Shown here: positions 57,291-64,000 of the stretch, in pieces
Layout: every line of letters starts with the position of its first letter
Numbering within the stretch: position 1 is the stretch's first letter
Assembly: GCF_009914755.1 (NCBI RefSeq)
Contig: NC_060935.1
Origin: the human T2T-CHM13v2.0 reference genome, Homo sapiens
DNA: 64,000 bases
Strand: one strand, 5' to 3'
Notes under the pieces: generated by a model
Databases searched by the model: none
Told to the model about the DNA's origin: nothing
What the model saw: the letters and a program-made list of their open reading frames with translations, nothing else
Position numbers and translations under genes: made by a program

Positions 57291-59370
57291 TGTACACCCT
57301 GCGATATTATTTTTGATATCCTAGGGAGATACTGCTTCTAATATCATAGTGGGCATACACCCTGTGATACTATTTGTAATATCCTAGAAAGATATTGCTC
57401 CTAATATCACAGTGGGTGTGCACCCTGTGATATTATTTGTAATATCCTAGGGAGATATTACTCCTAACATTACAGTGGGTGTATACCCTCTGATATTATT
57501 CATAGTGTCTTATGGAGATACAACTCCTGATATCACAGTGAGTGTACACCATGTTTTTACACCCTGTGATGTTATTCTTAATAACCTAGAATAATATTAC
57601 TTCTAATATCAGAGTGGGTATACATCCTGTGATATTATTTTAATACACTAGGTAGATATTACTCCTAATATCACAGTGGGTATACACCATGTGTGTACAC
57701 CTTGTGAAATTATTCTTAATACCCTAAGAAGATATTACTCCTGATATTACAGTGGGTGTACACTCTGTGATATAATTAGTAATAATCTAGAGAGATATTT
57801 CTCCTAATATCACAGTGGGTGAACACCATCTGTGTACGCTTTGTGATGTTACTCATAATATCCTAGGGAGATATTTCTCCTAATATCACAGTGGGTGTAC
57901 ATCATGTGTGTATACGCTGTGCTGTTATTCATTATATCCTAGGTAGATATTACTCCTAATATCACAGTGGGTGCGCACCATGGGTGTACATTCTGTGATG
58001 TTATTCGTAATATCCTAGGGAGGTATTCCTCCTCTTATCACAGTGGGTGTACCCCCTGTGATATTATTCATAATATCCTAGATATTACTCCTAATATCAG
58101 AGTGGGTATACACCCTGTGATATTATCTGTAATATTCTAGGGAGATATTACTGTATACGCTGTGATATTATTTGTAACATTTTAGGGACATATTTCTCCT
58201 AAAGTCACAGTGGGTGTGCACCCTGTAATATTCTTCCTAATATCACAGAGGGTGTACACCATGTGTGACATTGTTCCTAATATCTAGGGGGGGAGAAGAT
58301 GATATTAGTTCCAATAGCACAGAAGGTGTACACCGCCCCCACTCTGTGATATTGTTCCTAATTTCCAGGGAAGGAGATGATGACATTATTCCCAATATCA
58401 CTGGGGATGTACACCCTTCTGTGATATTGTTCTTAATATCCAGGGGTGGAAAGAATGATATTACTCCCAATATCGCAGGAGGTTTACACCACCCCTGTGA
58501 TATTGTTGGTAATATTCTGGGGGGTAGAGAATGATATTACTACCAATATCGCAGGTTGTGTAAACATCCCCTGTGATATTGTTTCTAATGTCCCGTGAAA
58601 GAGAAAACATTACTCCCAATATTGCAGGGGGTGTTCACCTTTTTGTGATATTGTTTCTCATATCCAGGGAAATAAAGGATGATATTACTCTCAATATTGC
58701 AGAGGGTGGACACCCCTTTCGGATATTGTTCCTAATACTCAAACGGGGAGAGGATGATATTACTCCCAATATGAAGGAAATGTAAAGCACCCTTGTGATA
58801 TTGTTACTAATATCCAGAGAGGAAAAGAATGATATTACTCCCAACAGCCTAGGAAATGTACACTCGCGCTGTGATATTTTTCCTAGTATCCGGCGGAGAG
58901 AGGATCTTATTACTTCCAATGTCGCAGGGTGTGTACACCCCCTCTGTGATCTTGTTGCTAATATCCAGGTTGGGGGAGGATGATATTACTCCCAATATCG
59001 CAGGGGTGTACACCTCCCCACCCCGTGATCTTGTTCGTAATTCCCTGGATTGAGAGGATGATATTACTGCCAATATCGCAGGGGTGTACACCCCCCTGTG
59101 ATACTTTTTCTAATATTCAGGGCGGGAGTGGATAATATTACCCCCAATATCGCAGAAGGTGTACATTCCTCCTGTGATATTGTTCATAGTATCCAGGGAA
59201 GAAGAGGATGATGCTACTCCCTATATCGCAGGAAGAGTACGTCCCTTCTGTGGTATTGTTCCTAATATCCAAAGGGGGAGCGGCTGACATTACTCTCAAT
59301 ATAGCTGGTGTTTTCCATCCACCTCCCCCCGCCTCCTTGATATTGTTCCTAATATCCAGGTGGGCAAAGA
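57290..59370. repeat. SATR2-like (about 57290-58245, about 63/75-bp units) and SATR1-like (about 58245-59370, about 72-bp units) palindromic satellite
   Basis: Recurring GATATTACTCC(T/C)AATATC(A/G)CAG..GGTGTACACC..CTGTGATATT. Confidence 0.88.
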
Positions 59371-59374
59371 ATGA

Positions 59375-60025
59375 AAAATGAGGGTCTCATGGAAGTAAAG
59401 GGTAGTATTGTGGATACCAGAGGCTGGGAAGAGTTTGTGTGGGGAGCAGGGGTAGAGAGAGGCAGGTAAATGGGTACAAACGTACAGTCAGATAGGAGGA
59501 GTGAATTCTAGTATTAAATAGTAGAATAGGGAAACTACAGTTAAAAATAATTTACTCACTTTGGGAGGCCGAGGTGGCTGGATCACGACGTCAGGAGATC
59601 GAGACCATCCTGGCTAACACGGTGAAACCCCGTCCCTACTAGAAATACAAAAAATTAGCGGGGCGTGGTGGTGGGCGCCTGTAGTCCCAGCTACTCTGGA
59701 GGCTGAGGCGGAGCTTGCAGTGAGCCAAGATTGCGCCACTGCACTCCAGCCTGGGTGACAGAGCGAGACTCCATCTCAAAATAAATAAATAAATAAATAA
59801 AATAATAATAATAATAATAATTTACTGTATGTTTCTAAATAGCTAGAAGAGAATGTTTGAAATGTTCTCAACACAAAGAAATGATAAATATTTGAGGGGA
59901 TGAGTATCTTAAATATACTGATTTGATCATTATACATTTTATGCATGTATCAAAATATCACATGTACTTCCTAAATAATTATTCATATCAATTTAAAAAT
60001 GCTTAAAGATTTAAAAATAAATAAA
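59375..60025 (+). mobile_element. L1MA 3' end with nested 5'-truncated, internally deleted AluY (about 59557-59815)
   Basis: L1MA 3' UTR motifs; Alu TSD AATAATTTACT; deletion between GAGGC repeats in the right arm. Confidence 0.82.
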
Positions 60026-60883
60026 ATCGAGTTTGATGTTTGTAACTTTTCTTCTTATCTCTATTGGCATCTTTCTCTGAGTTCATGTTACTTGGTTCTC
60101 TTGGGCCCTACTGTTTCTGTTTTTCATCTGGCAGTTTCCAAAACCAGAACAGGTTCAGAGAGACTCTCAAGGGCCTGAATACTGGGGGAGAAAGCCGTAT
60201 CATTACAGTCAGCCACAGAGAGGTCATTTTCATTCGCTCTTTAGTGTTTTTTGTTTGTTTGTGTCTTTTCACTAACATTCACGAGATCTGGCATTTCAGA
60301 TAATTCTGACAACATTCCTCATCCATAACACATGACTTGGACATGATGATTTTATAATCTGTAAATTAAAATCTCAATATTTATTTCATATTTGTCTGCT
60401 GTTTACAAGCGTTCTGTTTCCCAACTTAATAAACCTTCTATTCTAGTCCTCACCAAGTCTGTGCCTCTTTTTTTTTTCATTTCTCTGTTTCTCTTAGCAG
60501 TGTGTTAATGAATCTGACATGCCCTGAAAAGAAATTTAGCTAATAAATTCCATTTTATTTATTTGTTTTACAATACATAGTTAAAATAATCATACAAATT
60601 TAGGAGGCTGAGAGTTTTGAGCCCAATTCAGAAACTCAGTGTTTTTGATAAAGATTTTATCAGGTTTCTCTCCTGCTTGCACCTCAGAATGCCTTGGAGT
60701 TCCTTAATTAATATTTATCACCTCATGCTTTACTAACAAATATGAGGAAAATAATTTTGTTAAATGGATGACACATCCCAAGAAGTCTTCTGAAGCTCAG
60801 GGATATTACAAGCATATGTGCACTGTTTTACAGTAATATTAAAATAAAAATAAAAAAAGAAATTTATAAAGATAACACACACC

Positions 60884-61205
<322 letters not shown>

Positions 61206-61985
61206 TTACTTAGCCAAAGCAGAAAATTATATCTAAGTTTAATAATGAATGACCACTTTTCCGCTTTCTGACACGAGAAATTTCATTACACACAAGCACT
61301 CTATGTATTTTCAGTAAAGCTATTAAGTTATTTGAATATTCCTCTTTTACAGATTACATATTCTCAAAATTTACCTACTTTGTATTTGAATTTTCATGTA
61401 GACACCTGAAGTGTATCTTGAAGCATGTTGCCTATGAATTAATCCACTATTTTTATTTTATTTGACTTATGTAAATTTAAATGAATTACTTCATTAATCT
61501 AGATACTAACCTTTAATAATTTACAAATCTTTAATTTCACATCTTAATAGACCAATGAAAATCACATTGTGCACATTAGTTTTTATTTAATAAACTAAAT
61601 CTAAACTTGGTATTACATACTAATAACACAGGATTTCTATTCATTTTATGCCTTAATGTAGGTCTCCATCTATTAATATAATTTTATTTTGGGGGTTATT
61701 TGGATATAGGTAATCCTTGAATCTTGATTCTATCATTCTTTCCAGCTTGTTTGCTTACTTTTCTAACTTTGGGACCTTCACAGATTTTGAAAACTAGTTT
61801 CCACTTGGCCTTATCTAATTACTGATGAAGAAATTGACTCAACATAGCCAATAGCATAATTTTAACAAATAAATTATTCAAAAACCATTAAATGAGGCAA
61901 AACATTGGTTGATAGCTGCAAATTTTGAGAATGTGGTAACAATAAACACCTAAATGAAAGAAAAGACTAGAAATTAGAAAAGTTG

Positions 61986-62290
61986 GGCTTGGCACAGTGG
62001 CTCACACCTGTAATCCCAGCACTTTGAGAGGCTGAGGCAGGCAGATCACAAGGTCAAGGGTCCGAGACCAGCCTGGCCAATATGGTGAAACACCGTCTCT
62101 ACTAAAAAATACAAAAATTATCCCGGCACGGTGGCGGGAGCCTATAGTCCCAGCTACTCAGGAGGCTGAGGCAGGAATTGTTTGAACCAGGGAGGCGGAG
62201 GCTGCAGTGAGCCGAGATCGCGCCAAGGCACTCCAGCCTGGGCAACAAAGCGAGACTCCATCTGAAAAGAAAAAAGAAAGAAAGAAAGAA
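61986..62290 (+). mobile_element. AluS with (GAAA)n tail
   Basis: Alu consensus. Confidence 0.92.
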
Positions 62291-62570
62291 AAATTGGAAT
62301 GCAATAGAGATAGTTGCATAACAAAGAGACTAAAATATTGTCTTTATAAGAGAGGGTTTCAGAAATATTGTTAGTTTCTAAAGAAAGAAGATGAGAAAAT
62401 CACATTCAATACAATAATTAGCAGTTTCTTAATGCTTTTACAAGTTAATTTTCTTTTGGGTTAAATAAAATAAAAATATTAGGAACTTTGTTTTATACAA
62501 ATGCATTGAACAATATGCAAGAAAATATAATAACTAATATAAATCTGATGAATCAGGTAAACAATTAAAT

Positions 62571-62801
62571 TTACATAAAAAGTACACATTCAAGGGGTGA
62601 CGGACGGCACCTGGAAAATTCGGTCACTCCCACACGAATACTGCGCTTTTCTGACGGGCTTGAAAAACGGCGCACCACGAGACTATATCCCGCACCTGGC
62701 TCCGAGGGTCCTACGCCCACGGAGTCTCGCTGATTGCTAGCACAGCAGGCTGAGATCAAACTGCAAGGTGGCAGCGAGGCTGGGGGAGGGGCGCCCGCCA
62801 T
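62571..62801 (-). CDS. L1 antisense ORF0, open 76 codons, last residues read from flanking DNA
   Basis: ATG 62801: MAGAPPPASLPPCSLISACCASNQRDSVGVGPSEPG... matches the recalled ORF0 sequence; expression unknown. Confidence 0.65.
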   Translation of the reverse strand: MAGAPPPASLPPCSLISACCASNQRDSVGVGPSEPGAGYSLVVRRFSSPSEKRSIRVGVTEFSRCRPSPLECVLFM

Positions 62802-64000
62802 TGCCCAGGCTTGCTTAGGTAAACAAAGCAGCCGGGAAGCTCCAACTGGGTGGAGCCCACCACAGCTCAAGGAGGCCTGCCTGCCTCTGTAGGCTCCACC
62901 TCTGGGGGCAGGGCACAGTCAAACAAAAAGATAGCAGTAACCTCTGCAGACTTAAGTGTCCCTGTCTGACAGCTTTGAAGAGAGCAGTGGTTCTCCCAGC
63001 ACGCAGCTGGAGATCTGAGAAGGGGCAGACTGCCTCCTCAAGTGGGTCCCTGACCCCTGACCCCCGAGCAGCCTAACTGGGAGGCACCCCCCAGCAGGGG
63101 CACACTGACACCTCACACGGCAGGGTATTCCAACAGACCTGCAGCTGAGGGTCCTGTCTGTTAGAAGGAAAACTAACAACCAGAAAGGACATCTACACCA
63201 AAAACCCATCTGTACATCACCATCATCAAAGACCAAAAGTAGATAAAACCACAAAGATGGGGAAAAAACAGAACAGAAAAACTGGAAACTCTAAAACGCA
63301 GAGCACCTCTCCTCCTCCAAAGGAACGCAGTTCCTCACCAGCAACAGAACAAAGCTGGATGGAGAATGATTTTGACGAGCTAAGAGAAGAAGGCTTCAGA
63401 CGATCAAATTACTCTGAGCTACGGGAGGACATTCAAACCAAAGGCAAAGAAGTTGAAAACTTTGAAAAAAATTTAGAAGAATGTATAACTAGAATAACCA
63501 ATACAGAGAAGTGCTTAAAGGAGCTGATGGAGCTGAAAACCAAGGCTCGAGAACTACGTGAAGAATGCAGAAGCCTCAGGAGCTGATGCGATCAACTGGA
63601 AGAAAGGGTATCAGCAATGGAAGATGAAATGAATTAAATGAAGCGAGAAGGGAAGTTTAGAGAAAAAAGAATAAAAAGAAATGAGCAAAGCCTCCAAGAA
63701 ATATGGGACTATGTGAAAAGACCAAATCTACGTCTGACTGGGGTACCGGAAAGCGATGGGGAGAATGGAACCAAGTTGGAAAACACTCTGCAGGATATTA
63801 TCCAGGAGAACTTCCCCAATCTAGCAAGGCAGGCCAACGTTCAGATTCAGGAAATACAGAGAACGCCACAAAGATACTCCTCGAGAAGAGCAACTCCAAG
63901 ACACATAATTGTCAGATTCACCAAAGTTGAAATGAAGGAAAAAATGTTAAGGGCAGCCAGAGAGAAAGGTCAGGTTACCCTCAAAGGGAAGCCCATCAGA
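62592..64000 (+). mobile_element. Young L1 (L1PA2-like), missing roughly the first 200 nt of the 5' UTR, runs off the window
   Basis: CpG-rich 5' UTR with the short (129-bp-deleted) form 'cacggcagggtattccaacagacc'; ORF1 MGKKQNRKTGNSK. Confidence 0.93.
63257..64000 (+). pseudogene. L1 ORF1 with premature stops
   Basis: In-frame TGA at 63584-63586 and TAA at 63635-63637. Confidence 0.9.

Noticed and set aside
57290-59370. CRISPR-like array of palindromic repeats, and ORFs 58243-59091
   Set aside because: No unique spacers or cas genes; degenerate primate satellite, and the ORFs are repeat translations.

Overview
AT-rich, repeat-dense primate DNA. From the two intact receptor proteins I recognise it (from memory) as the human chr11q12.1 olfactory receptor (OR) cluster. 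Five OR loci all lie on the minus strand: intact OR5I1 (11785-12729), two family-10 pseudogenes (probably OR10AF1P, split by a solo LTR, and OR10AK1P, split by an AluY), intact OR10AG1, and a near-intact OR7E pseudogene (probably OR7E5P) next to a SATR1/SATR2-type palindromic satellite. The rest is Alu, L1, LTR (MER11/HERV-K11, MLT1, THE1, others), Tigger1, MER58 and MER75 sequence, ending in a young L1PA2-like element. Most short ORFs in the track are repeat-derived or chance. I found no evidence of a wholly new biological system. The best leads are four: (1) a split two-exon coding region for OR10AG1 that restores its N-glycosylation site (321 aa) and bypasses an out-of-frame ATG at the position homologous to a paralog's start; (2) a HERV-K(HML-8) fragment with L1-retrocopy hallmarks (polyA, 14-bp TSD, TT/AAAG site); (3) short locally templated insertions at rearrangement junctions; (4) an open antisense L1 ORF0 pointing into the OR array. 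Repeat subfamily names and pseudogene symbols come from recall, and repeat boundaries without a stated TSD are approximate.
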